A DNA stretch of 32,000 nt from an uncultured bacterium (GTDB lineage Bacteria > Patescibacteriota > Gracilibacteria > UBA1369 > PNNO01): NCBI GenBank assembly GCA_963704705.1, contig OY969931.1, forward strand, positions 1 through 32,000, written 5' to 3'. The notes beneath the pieces were generated by a model that was not told where the DNA came from, did no database searches, and worked only from the letters and a program-made list of their open reading frames with translations. Positions 16,211-24,747 of the stretch are shown here, one piece after another. Position 1 is the stretch's first letter, and each line of letters opens with the position of its first letter. Position numbers and translations under genes: made by a program.

Positions 16211-19200
16211 TTGGTTCCGAAAGAAATTAAAATCAGTGAGCTTTTTGACACTGCCCAGAATATTCGCGTTTTGGACCTTTTTCACAAACATAAAAATATG
16301 AGCCTTAGCGGAGCCGGAAACTCCTCTTCAAAAGCGCTTATTGTATTTGAATTATTAAAAAAATTCACTGAATATAAAAAAGTTTTATGGGTTGTTAACG
16401 ACCCGATGGAACAGGAAAACCTCATGAAAACTCTTAGTATTTGGAGCAGCCTGGCAACATACAGTTATATTTTAAAAGAAGAAATTTCCAGGGAGAATTT
16501 AATTGAAACATTGAGTACAATCTCTCATCTTAGGGATTCTGAGCGCAAAATAATTATCGCACCTTACCAGGCGATTTTAGAGAACGTTCCTTCAAAAGAA
16601 GAAGTTGATGAAAAAAAGATTACACTTGAAGAAGGCCAGATAATCACAAATATTGAGCTTATTGAAGCTTTTGTTGATAAGGGTTACGAGGTTGCACCCG
16701 GAGACTTTCTTGAACAGGGAATGTACTACCAGAAAGGTGAAATTATAACGGTTTTTCCTGCGAACTCAGACCATCCTTTAAGAATAGAAATTGCTTTCGA
16801 TAAAATCGAATCAATGGATTATTACGAACAAGAGAATGGCGCGAAATCCATTAAAAAATTGAAAAAAGCAGATATATACCCCTTAAAAATCACAACAGAC
16901 ACAGGAGTTTTAACTGACTATCTAGACAAAAATACGCTTTTAATCGAAGACGAAATTGATGTAATCGACGATTATTTTGACGCGTGGAACGACCTTGTTG
17001 CGGAAGCATACGAAAAAAGCGCCTCATTAACTTTTACAACTTTCAACGAAGACGTGCCGGCGCATGAACATCTTCATTATTTGTCAGTCCTAAAATATCG
17101 GGGTTCATACGATTTTATAAGCGACCTTCGCGATAAACAGCGCACCAACTGGAACGTGGTTGTGTTTACAAAAAAAATTGGCGAATTAAAAACAATGCTC
17201 GACGACAGCAATGTTCCGTATACTCAAGACCCTGTGCAGCTCGCAAACATTCAGGAAAGCCAAAATTTTCTATTTGTTATTGAGATTGATAAAGAAGCGA
17301 TCTTTCCAAAATCTTTCCAAAACCCGGAGATAAAACTTTTATTTTTGTCAGACAAAGATATTCTTTCTTTGCAGGAAGAAGCTAAAAAATCATTCAACCA
17401 AAAAATATATTTAGACTTTTTAACAGGCTTAAAACCAAACGATTATGTTGTACACGCGGATCACGGAATCGCCCGATTCTTAGGCCTTGAGAGAAAAACA
17501 GTGGACGAAATCACCCGCGAATATTTGAAGCTTGGCTATGCAGAAAACGACAAACTTTTTGTGCCGATTGATCAGGCGGACAAAGTGAATAAATATATTG
17601 GAGCTGAAGAGAATGCGCCAAAATTAACAAGGCTCGGCTCTGCCGAATGGTCAACCATGACTAACCGCGTTAAAAAAGAAACCGAAAAAATCGCCAAAGA
17701 ACTACTGGTTTTGTATGCTAAACGAAAAAGCGCAAAAGGATTCGCCTACAAAAAAGACAATGATATTCAGGAGAAATTTGAAGCAACCTTTCCGTACGAA
17801 GAAACTCCGGGCCAATTTAAATCAATCAACGACGTTAAAGAAGATATGGAAAAAGACACGCCAATGGATCGTCTCGTTTGCGGGGATGTTGGGTTTGGAA
17901 AAACAGAGGTTGCAATGCGTGCTGCCTTTAAGGCTGTACAAAGCGGCAAACAGGTTGCGCTTGTTTCGCCGATTACAATTTTGACTGACCAGCATTACAG
18001 ATCTTTTACCAAAAGAATGGATCAATTTAATGTTCGTGTTGAAATGCTTTCTCGTTTTAAATCGCAAAAACAGCAAAAGGAAATTCTCGATAAACTAGCA
18101 AAAGGCGAAGTGGATATTGTTATTGGAACACACAGATTGCTTCAACCCGATGTTAATTTTAAAAATCTTGGACTAATAATTGTGGACGAAGAACAGCGCT
18201 TTGGTGTTAAACAAAAAGAAAAATTAAAAGAAATAAAAAGTGAAGTTGACGTTTTGACTTTAACTGCAACGCCGATTCCGCGAACATTAAACATTTGCTT
18301 AAACAAGCTTCGCGACATAACAACAATTACAACCCCGCCTCCTGGCAGACTTCCGATTATTACCGAGGTTCGCAGATTCAGCAACGGCCTTGTGCGTGAC
18401 GCTATCCTTCGCGAGGTTGCGCGAAACGGACAAATTTATTTTTTGCACAACCGGGTACAGACTATTGACGCAATGGCAGACAAACTGCGAAAACTTGTTC
18501 CTGAAGCCACTTTTGGAGTTGCTCACGGAAAGCTCGGCAGCGGCGATCTTGAAGACAGGATCGTTGCATTTAAAGAACATCAATTCGATGTTTTGGTAAG
18601 CTCAACAATTATTGAGAATGGAATCGACCTTGCGAACGCGAATACCTTGATTGTAAACAACGCGGAAAAATTCGGCTTATCACAACTTTATCAGTTACGC
18701 GGACGTGTAGGCCGCGGCAAAACCCAGGCTTATGCATACTTTTTATATAATGGGCAACGCCTTAAACTGGATGCTAAAAAACGCCTTCGTGCGATAGTTG
18801 AAGCCAGTGACCTCGGCAGCGGTTTCCAGATTGCAATGAAAGATCTCGAGATCAGAGGAGCCGGAGATATCTTGGGCGCAAACCAACATGGCGTTATAAA
18901 TGTTGTGGGCGTTTCGCATTTTATTCGCATGCTCAACAAAGCTGTTGAAGATCTTAAAGCTGGCAGACTTCAGGGCAAAGAAGGCCAGGAGATCGCCGAA
19001 GTCGCAATTGAACTTCCTGTTTCAGCCTTTATCCCTGACGATTATATAGTTAATGCAAAAGATAAAATTAATGCTTATCAAAAATTATCAGGCGCAGACA
19101 ACCTTGAATATTTAAATGACTTAAATGACGAAATGGTCCAGGAGTACGGCAAAATGCCTCGTGAAGTTCAAAATCTGTTCCGTGTACTCGAACTAAAAAT

Positions 19201-19450
19201 AGAAGCCAAAAAAGCAGGCCTTACCAACGTAAAGGCTGAAAACGTATCAATGGCCCGAGGAAAACAAATCGTTTTATCAATGTCGGTTCTCGTTAAACCG
19301 GAAAATATCATGAAGCTTCTTGAGTTTAATCCAAAGTGGCTTATCAGTGGCACAAAGCTAAAAATCAACATCGAAGACTTGGGGCTGCACTGGTTTGATG
19401 CTCTTGTCGACAATGTAAAGGTGCTTCAGAAAAAAATCAAAACAAGCTAG
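16211..19450 (+). CDS. mfd: Transcription-repair coupling factor
   Basis: Superfamily-2 helicase motifs GDVGFGKTEVAMRAAF, DEEQRFGV, TATPIPRT and QLRGRVGR, a CarD/TRCF-like domain (YVVHADHGIARFLGL), and a length of 1079 aa. TTG start. Confidence 0.9.
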   Translation: MVPKEIKISELFDTAQNIRVLDLFHKHKNMSLSGAGNSSSKALIVFELLKKFTEYKKVLWVVNDPMEQENLMKTLSIWSSLATYSYILKEEISRENLIETLSTISHLRDSERKIIIAPYQAILENVPSKEEVDEKKITLEEGQIITNIELIEAFVDKGYEVAPGDFLEQGMYYQKGEIITVFPANSDHPLRIEIAFDKIESMDYYEQENGAKSIKKLKKADIYPLKITTDTGVLTDYLDKNTLLIEDEIDVIDDYFDAWNDLVAEAYEKSASLTFTTFNEDVPAHEHLHYLSVLKYRGSYDFISDLRDKQRTNWNVVVFTKKIGELKTMLDDSNVPYTQDPVQLANIQESQNFLFVIEIDKEAIFPKSFQNPEIKLLFLSDKDILSLQEEAKKSFNQKIYLDFLTGLKPNDYVVHADHGIARFLGLERKTVDEITREYLKLGYAENDKLFVPIDQADKVNKYIGAEENAPKLTRLGSAEWSTMTNRVKKETEKIAKELLVLYAKRKSAKGFAYKKDNDIQEKFEATFPYEETPGQFKSINDVKEDMEKDTPMDRLVCGDVGFGKTEVAMRAAFKAVQSGKQVALVSPITILTDQHYRSFTKRMDQFNVRVEMLSRFKSQKQQKEILDKLAKGEVDIVIGTHRLLQPDVNFKNLGLIIVDEEQRFGVKQKEKLKEIKSEVDVLTLTATPIPRTLNICLNKLRDITTITTPPPGRLPIITEVRRFSNGLVRDAILREVARNGQIYFLHNRVQTIDAMADKLRKLVPEATFGVAHGKLGSGDLEDRIVAFKEHQFDVLVSSTIIENGIDLANANTLIVNNAEKFGLSQLYQLRGRVGRGKTQAYAYFLYNGQRLKLDAKKRLRAIVEASDLGSGFQIAMKDLEIRGAGDILGANQHGVINVVGVSHFIRMLNKAVEDLKAGRLQGKEGQEIAEVAIELPVSAFIPDDYIVNAKDKINAYQKLSGADNLEYLNDLNDEMVQEYGKMPREVQNLFRVLELKIEAKKAGLTNVKAENVSMARGKQIVLSMSVLVKPENIMKLLEFNPKWLISGTKLKINIEDLGLHWFDALVDNVKVLQKKIKTS

Positions 19451-19631
19451 GCAGACGAAATGCGCGGATTGACAAATTTAAAATTTGGATTTTTGGGCGA
19501 TGCTGGCCGGGCAGCTTGTTTTTGGCTTATCAAAAAGAAAAAACAGCTTTGTTTGCGGTTTCGTCCCGGGATGGGATTTGAGGATGACTTTCCTCGCCCG
19601 GCCCAGCAAGAACTCTTCGCCTTTCTGCCCC

Positions 19632-19660
19632 TTGACAAAACCACGTAATTCTTATACAAT
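19632..19660 (+). promoter_or_regulatory. Near-consensus sigma70 promoter (TTGACA-17-TACAAT) upstream of the GC-rich ORF
   Basis: Hexamers read directly. The about 100-nt leader contains the inverted repeat TTGTCA-N11-TGACAA (about 19700-19722). Confidence 0.5.
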
Positions 19661-19766
19661 TGTACTCTTTTGATAAATTGGCGATTCTACTCGCTCGATT
19701 TGTCAGAATGCATCATTGACAAGGCAGCAAGAAGATAACCCACAGCAATTCACTGGGAGGTGAATC

Positions 19767-20378
19767 ATGAAACGTTCGACGTTCAGTTTGGTGGTTTTCG
19801 CAGTCGCGCTCTTCACGGCCACGTCGGTCGCGTCAGCGCACGAGCTCACCCGCAAGGAGAAGACCTTCTCGGTCTTCGGCGGCTTTTCCGCCGACGTCAG
19901 TCACCGCGCCATGGGCGGCGTGGTGGGCATGGAGTTCAAGATCCACCAGTCGGAGCACCACCTCGTGCTCGGCCTCGCCCCCCGCGTCGACATCCTGCAG
20001 GGCCAGACCCCGATCACCATCGGCGTCAACCCCAGCATCGAGACCCTCTTCGTCGACGCCACCCTCAACCTCCGCTTGCGCATGATCGCGGCCGACTGGC
20101 TGGCGATCGTGGGCGACCTCGGAGTGGGCTTGCGCACGGTGCGTCATAACGACGCCATCGTGGACGAGTACCGAATGATCGAGGGTGGCACCCACTACTC
20201 CGCCATGATCTCCTGGGGCGCGGCGCTCGAGTTTCGGCTCAGCGACCTCTTCCGCCTCAGCGGGTTCTACCACGGCGGACTCGCCTTCAACCAGCTGGTC
20301 TCCCTCGGCATCGAGCCGGTCAAACACGACCGGGTCATCCACAAGCTGGGCATCATGCTTTCCATCTTCTTCGAGTAG
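19767..20378 (+). CDS. Signal-peptide protein with 8 amphipathic beta-strand segments (small outer-membrane beta-barrel-like); high-GC, probably foreign
   Basis: SD GGGAGGTG lies 6 nt before the ATG. Signal peptide MKRSTFSLVVFAVALFTATSVASA. Alternating hydrophobic strands (FSVFGGFSADV, VVGMEFKI, LVLGLAPRV, ATLNLRLRM, LAIVGDLGVGLR, AMISWGAALEFRL, RLSGFYHGGLAF, LGIMLSIFF). GC3 is near 100 percent. Confidence 0.7.
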   Translation: MKRSTFSLVVFAVALFTATSVASAHELTRKEKTFSVFGGFSADVSHRAMGGVVGMEFKIHQSEHHLVLGLAPRVDILQGQTPITIGVNPSIETLFVDATLNLRLRMIAADWLAIVGDLGVGLRTVRHNDAIVDEYRMIEGGTHYSAMISWGAALEFRLSDLFRLSGFYHGGLAFNQLVSLGIEPVKHDRVIHKLGIMLSIFFE

Positions 20379-20427
20379 TCGCACGCGCATTCCGCGCTGT
20401 GCCGGCTGCTTCCCGCCTGTCACTTCA

Positions 20428-20463
20428 ACACCCATCGTCCTTCGCGGCGGTGGGTGTCTTTTC
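20428..20463 (+). terminator. GC-rich rho-independent terminator of the GC-rich ORF
   Basis: ACACCCATCGTC / GGCGGTGGGTGT stem (with G-U pairs) followed by CTTTTC. Confidence 0.6.
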
Positions 20464-20482
20464 AAAATCCGCACACACTACT

Positions 20483-20519
20483 GCTAGCAAAAAGCTAGCG
20501 ATTTGCATACGCCACTTTT
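20483..20519 (+). repeat. 37-nt intergenic motif, copy B (GCTAGCAAAAAGCTAGCGATTTGCATACGCCACTTTT)
   Basis: 34/37 identical to copy A at 8293-8329. Contains the self-complementary GCTAGC-A5-GCTAGC hairpin. Confidence 0.7.
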
Positions 20520-20557
20520 GCACACGACCTCCAACCCCAAAGTATATTAAACAACAC

Positions 20558-20585
20558 TTGACTTTTTTCGCAAACAAACTATAAT
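20558..20585 (+). promoter_or_regulatory. Near-consensus sigma70 promoter (TTGACT-16-TATAAT) with about 130-nt structured leader
   Basis: Hexamers read directly. The leader has a nested hairpin (AGTGAC...GTCACT enclosing CCACT-TAAGT-AGTGG). Confidence 0.55.
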
Positions 20586-20722
20586 GATTTTACATTTGTT
20601 AGTGACTAAGGCTTCTCTCTCCCCACTTAAGTAGTGGCTTAAAAAGCACTTCGTCACTTATTTTTGACAAGTAGGGGGTAGTTAAAATTATCCACACACA
20701 CACGAGGAGGACACGTTCGAAA

Positions 20723-20971
20723 ATGGCAAATTCAAAGGGGAAAGGCGATCTGGAGGTTGAAGAGCCGTGCGTTCAGATTGAGTGCACAGTATGCGGCAAA
20801 ACGTTCCCGTGGCATGTCCCAATTTCCTTGAAAGATGAGGTTCTCGCGAGCCTGATCGCTCAGGGGCTGACAAGCGGACACGCCAATCGTGACGTACGCA
20901 GAAAGCGCGCAACCGGGCCCATAAACAAGGCCCAGCTGTCCAAGCGGCAGCAAAAACGCAAGGCCAAGTAG
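20723..20971 (+). CDS. Small (82 aa) protein with a Cys motif and a strongly basic C-terminal tail; function unknown
   Basis: GAGGAGG SD 12 nt upstream. CVQIECTVCGKTF motif. Tail RRKRATGPINKAQLSKRQQKRKAK. The overlapping antisense 128-aa ORF looks like junk (Cys/Arg/Ser/Pro-rich, TTG start). Confidence 0.45.
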   Translation: MANSKGKGDLEVEEPCVQIECTVCGKTFPWHVPISLKDEVLASLIAQGLTSGHANRDVRRKRATGPINKAQLSKRQQKRKAK

Positions 20972-21092
20972 GTCTCGAAGAAACAACGCTGTGTGGGGAT
21001 AAACAAAGAGCGGAGACTTTTAAAGTCAAATCCGTTCCAAACACTACCCCCTCACAGCAAAACCGAACTTTCAAAATCGATCTTTAAAATAT

Positions 21093-21503
21093 GGGGATGT
21101 ACTGGCATTCGACAGAGGTACTATTAATCTGTTAGTTGCAATCAGGGGATCGCGCTGTCTCCCCTCATATCCGTCCAGCGCATTTTTAAGTGCTACAACT
21201 GAAAAAACTGTAGCAGCTGCATACAGAAGTCTCTTCGGAGCTCCTGCAATGGCTGTTGCATAACTAAACGCCAATGCGTTTACGTCTTTATGGTTGATGT
21301 CTGATATTCCATAAAGGCGCCAATTATCAGGCTGGCCAATTTTTTACGGTTTAGATTATTGGCGAGGATGTAGACTAAACCACCCGGCTCGTGTATTTTT
21401 TTGTTCGCTTTCTATTCACGAGACGTAATTAAAACGGACTAAGATTGTAGACGCTGGCATTTTAAGCCTTTGCACCCGGGTTCGACTCCCGGCATCTCCA
21501 CCA
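21093..21503 (+). ncRNA. ssrA: Transfer-messenger RNA (tmRNA)
   Basis: The 5' GGGGATG pairs with the 3' CATCTCC-ACCA, giving a G3:U70 alanine identity pair. T-arm is CCGGG-TTCGACT-CCCGG. An internal tag frame ends ...YRSLFGAPAMAVA-TAA (stop at 21261-21263). Length 411 nt including the encoded CCA. Confidence 0.85.
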
Positions 21504-21518
21504 AAAAACAAAGCCCCC

Positions 21519-23357
21519 TTACGACTGGCCGGCTTTGAGTTTTTCTATAATTTGTTCCGGCGACGAGGAGAACAATTCTGCCAATTCTCCCAAGGGCGAA
21601 CTTAATATTACAGGATCTCCCGGCTCCAGTTTTTCTTTTTCAGATAAAATTCCACCTATTTCATGGGCTCCACCGGCAACAAATAACGAATAGGCTTTTG
21701 ATGCAAACTGTCCTTCACCTATTACGACCAGGCTTTCGCGAAGCTTCTGTGGAATGTTGTCAAAAAATGCCGAACTTAATCTTGTAAGATTTTGAAGACC
21801 GCGGACGCTGGGATCCGTTACAACACAGTTCCAGCCATAAATAATGCTTTCAGGGGTAAATGGGCATAGGCTGCGTTTGATTCTTTCTTCATTAATTCTT
21901 GCTAAAAATTTGCCAAAATCTCTTTGTTTCGGTGAGCGAACGCTAGAATAATACAAAGGATCCTGCCATTCTTCACTTTCAAAAACTCCCTGCACAGTGG
22001 TCTGATGCCCGAACATTAAACCGAGAAGGTTGTCGTTTTCTATATCACGCAGCATTGTAAAATGTGCATTTTCCTGTGATTTTTCCTCAAATCTCTGTAA
22101 TGTGACTTCCGGATCATGCCAGAATACAGCCTTTTCTCCGGTAACAGGATGATGCGAATAAGAATCCAAATCAAAAGTATCCAGATCTTCCATCGACACA
22201 TATTTTTTATCTGTTCCAAATACCTGAGCTGCAGAAATAGGCTTTCCTTCAGAAGGATAAACAAGAAACTGTTTAAATGCATTTGCAAAAATATATCTGA
22301 AAAAGTCGGAAATTTCCCTTAAAGTTTTTTCCGAGATTTCTTCTGAAGTATAATTTTCAATTTTCACTTTTTTCCCCTCCCTGGTTTCAAATGCTGAAGC
22401 GTCAGTCACATCATTTATCGAAATACCTGAATTTATTAGTCTCTCCGGAACAAGGGGGATCCCTTTAAAATACTTTTTATCTTTTTCTAAGTTTTCTGAA
22501 GGATGGAGGCTTCTATATTCAGCCTGAATATCTCTGCCTTCCGCCAGCCTGTCACCAAATTCATGCCTGAACTCATCTCGCGGCATAGAAACTGCTCTTC
22601 TCAAGTCTCCTGCTTTTCTAAGCAGAATTGCAACGCCGCCATATGGATCATACTGCAGATCTTCGTAGCCGAAAGCATGTATGAGCGGATATAAATTTGA
22701 ATCCCGGCGTGTTTCACCGACCGCAATAAGATCATCATATTCAGGATGTTGATTTAAAACCGCCGCAGCCAGATTTGCAAAATTTTGACCTCCTCTCACC
22801 TTTCTTGAAAGAGCCATTCTGTTCCAGAAAAGCGTCTCATGCGAGGCGGCTTCTTCAATTGTCATTTCGATTCTTTGTGCAATTTCCCTGACAATTCCAT
22901 CAACATCATAGGTTCCCCTGTAATTAATGTTTGATTCGACGCCGTCTCTTAACGGAGCCACAAATGAAACAGAAGAACCTTCTATTTTGCCCTCTTTTAA
23001 AAGTAAAGCTCCGTAAACTTTCTGGGAAAAATATAACTTCAGGTATCGTGCCATCAATTCCGGATGGAGCATAAATTCGGCTTTCGCCTCGCAGTCGGGG
23101 CATCTTAAATCAACTTCGCGGGTTCTTTCGAGTTCTTCAAGAGGCACGTATTCCTGGAGAGTGTCTTTAACACCGTAAACTTCATCAACAGACAAAACGC
23201 GTCTGCATTCCGGATTTGTACACACGGCATATTCCCCAAACCCTTTGTACCCGAACCATTCGCGTTCCTGTTTTGCAAGCTCATGCAGTTTATCATCCGG
23301 CAGTTGGCTCATATCCGGGTATTGCATAATTTCAATACCATCATCTTGAGAGTCCAT
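21519..23357 (-). CDS. Uncharacterised 612-aa protein with N-terminal 4-Cys ribbon and two internally repeated halves carrying GNAT-like motif A/B signatures
   Basis: CTNPEC...CPDC. Half 1 is WNRMALSRKVRGGQNFANLAAAVL...NLYPLIHAFGYE and half 2 is WNCVVTDPSVRGLQNLTRLSSAFF...AYSLFVAGGAHE. Starts 6 nt after the decarboxylase stop. Confidence 0.75.
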   Translation of the reverse strand: MDSQDDGIEIMQYPDMSQLPDDKLHELAKQEREWFGYKGFGEYAVCTNPECRRVLSVDEVYGVKDTLQEYVPLEELERTREVDLRCPDCEAKAEFMLHPELMARYLKLYFSQKVYGALLLKEGKIEGSSVSFVAPLRDGVESNINYRGTYDVDGIVREIAQRIEMTIEEAASHETLFWNRMALSRKVRGGQNFANLAAAVLNQHPEYDDLIAVGETRRDSNLYPLIHAFGYEDLQYDPYGGVAILLRKAGDLRRAVSMPRDEFRHEFGDRLAEGRDIQAEYRSLHPSENLEKDKKYFKGIPLVPERLINSGISINDVTDASAFETREGKKVKIENYTSEEISEKTLREISDFFRYIFANAFKQFLVYPSEGKPISAAQVFGTDKKYVSMEDLDTFDLDSYSHHPVTGEKAVFWHDPEVTLQRFEEKSQENAHFTMLRDIENDNLLGLMFGHQTTVQGVFESEEWQDPLYYSSVRSPKQRDFGKFLARINEERIKRSLCPFTPESIIYGWNCVVTDPSVRGLQNLTRLSSAFFDNIPQKLRESLVVIGEGQFASKAYSLFVAGGAHEIGGILSEKEKLEPGDPVILSSPLGELAELFSSSPEQIIEKLKAGQS

Positions 23358-23363
23358 ATATTT

Positions 23364-24590
23364 TTAGGTTAAAGTGTTATATGAAATATATTCCGGCAAT
23401 CCAAAACCGTTAAAAAGCGTTCCCTGACAGTCCAGGTAAGCCCCGGCTTCAGCCACCCATAAGTAGTCATCAGTTTCAATATTCACCGGAAGATCTACAT
23501 TATGGATTACATCTCCTGAATCGCAGGTTCTTCCAAAAATAGTAAAGGGAACTTTTTCTTCTGAGAATTTTTTTCCGCGAGGCGAATATGGCTGAAAATT
23601 ATATTTCCATCCCGGGTGTACAACGCTATCGCTGAAACTGGTAAAAAGACCATTAAAAATATAGGCGCATCTTTCCCCGCTTCTTTTTTCAACACTTGTA
23701 ACCGGAATTACAAGATCAACAGCTTCAGCAATAATTGAACGGCCCAGTTCGATTATTATCTCATAGCCATCCCCAAGCAATTCTTTAATTGCCATGTTTA
23801 TTGCTGTAATATATTCCGATACCTCATACTTGTCTTTTGGGAAATAATTAACGGGAATACCTCCTCCAAGATTAATAATATGAATATTTTTGTGAGCTTT
23901 TGCAACTTCGGCAATCTGCGAAATAGCATTTCTGAACGTTCGCGGATTTTTATTTTGCGAACCAGTATGCACCCCTAACCCACCTGTTACATTGGGCAAT
24001 CCATCCAGACGATCCAGAAGGTTTTCAGCTTCTTCCCTTGAAGCGCCGAATTTTGTTGAAAGATCAATCACGGCGTCCTCGTTGGGAGTCTCCATACGCA
24101 CAACCAGCTCCAGAGGCTTGTTTTGCGAATGAGTTAGAATTTTTTCAAGTTCCGCACGGGACTGTATAGTAAAATGGCTTACTCCCATTGCGCGGGCAGC
24201 CTCAATGTCTTTTTGTCTTTTAACAGGATGATTATATAGAATTCTTGCATCCGGATTTACCGCCAGCACATCCTTCATTTCATTAGGAGAAGCACAGTCA
24301 AAATCTTTTATCCCGGCACCGGCCAAAACCTGAAGAATTCGCTTTCGGGCATTCGCCTTAACTGCATAGGCAACAGTAAAATTGTTATGAACGCTCTCAC
24401 GCCCGAAATTTTCAATTAAAAATTGTCCTCTTTCATGTAAAGATCGTTCATTTAAAAAGCAGAAGGGGTCTTCGGGATATCTTTGGCATGTATCCTTCAT
24501 CACTTCAGTTAAAGTTTCTCCAGGATGACTGTAAAAAACCCCATCATCATCAAATGATTGGCCTTGAGAGTTATAAGCGGAAGAAACCAT
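23364..24590 (-). CDS. PLP-dependent group IV (Orn/Lys/DAP/Arg) decarboxylase family protein
   Basis: AYAVKAN (PLP-lysine motif), NLGGGIPV (phosphate-binding glycine loop), GRTCDSGD (active-site Cys motif). Confidence 0.85.
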   Translation of the reverse strand: MVSSAYNSQGQSFDDDGVFYSHPGETLTEVMKDTCQRYPEDPFCFLNERSLHERGQFLIENFGRESVHNNFTVAYAVKANARKRILQVLAGAGIKDFDCASPNEMKDVLAVNPDARILYNHPVKRQKDIEAARAMGVSHFTIQSRAELEKILTHSQNKPLELVVRMETPNEDAVIDLSTKFGASREEAENLLDRLDGLPNVTGGLGVHTGSQNKNPRTFRNAISQIAEVAKAHKNIHIINLGGGIPVNYFPKDKYEVSEYITAINMAIKELLGDGYEIIIELGRSIIAEAVDLVIPVTSVEKRSGERCAYIFNGLFTSFSDSVVHPGWKYNFQPYSPRGKKFSEEKVPFTIFGRTCDSGDVIHNVDLPVNIETDDYLWVAEAGAYLDCQGTLFNGFGLPEYISYNTLT

Positions 24591-24747
24591 CTGATATAGA
24601 TTAAGTGAAATTATATAATATAGGATATTTTGTTAAATAGCTAATTCATAAATGTTAAATATTTTTTATATAAAAATTTTTTTCGAAAAAACAAAAATAT
24701 TAAACTAAAGCATGTCAACGCAATATTCTTATATAATTCAATTTTTA

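Noticed and set aside
17715-18599. Several 60-94-aa ORFs on both strands within mfd
   Set aside because: They are internal to a well-supported 1079-aa helicase gene.
19760-20474. 129-aa plus-strand and 213-aa and 78-aa minus-strand ORFs overlapping the GC-rich gene
   Set aside because: High-GC DNA lacks stop codons in several frames. These products are Arg/Pro/His/Gly-rich with no SD or signal. Only the 19767 frame has SD, signal peptide and GC3 bias.
20688-20696. Perfect DnaA box TTATCCACA
   Set aside because: It is a single isolated copy inside a leader in the foreign region, with no cluster and no adjacent AT-rich unwinding element. Most likely chance.
20688-21074. 128-aa minus-strand ORF antisense to the small basic ORF
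   Set aside because: It has a TTG start with no SD and a Cys/Arg/Ser/Pro-rich low-complexity product. The plus-strand ORF has a promoter, leader and SD. Coding status of either strand remains uncertain.
21071-21274. 67-aa minus-strand ORF
   Set aside because: It lies entirely within and antisense to the tmRNA gene, so it is spurious.
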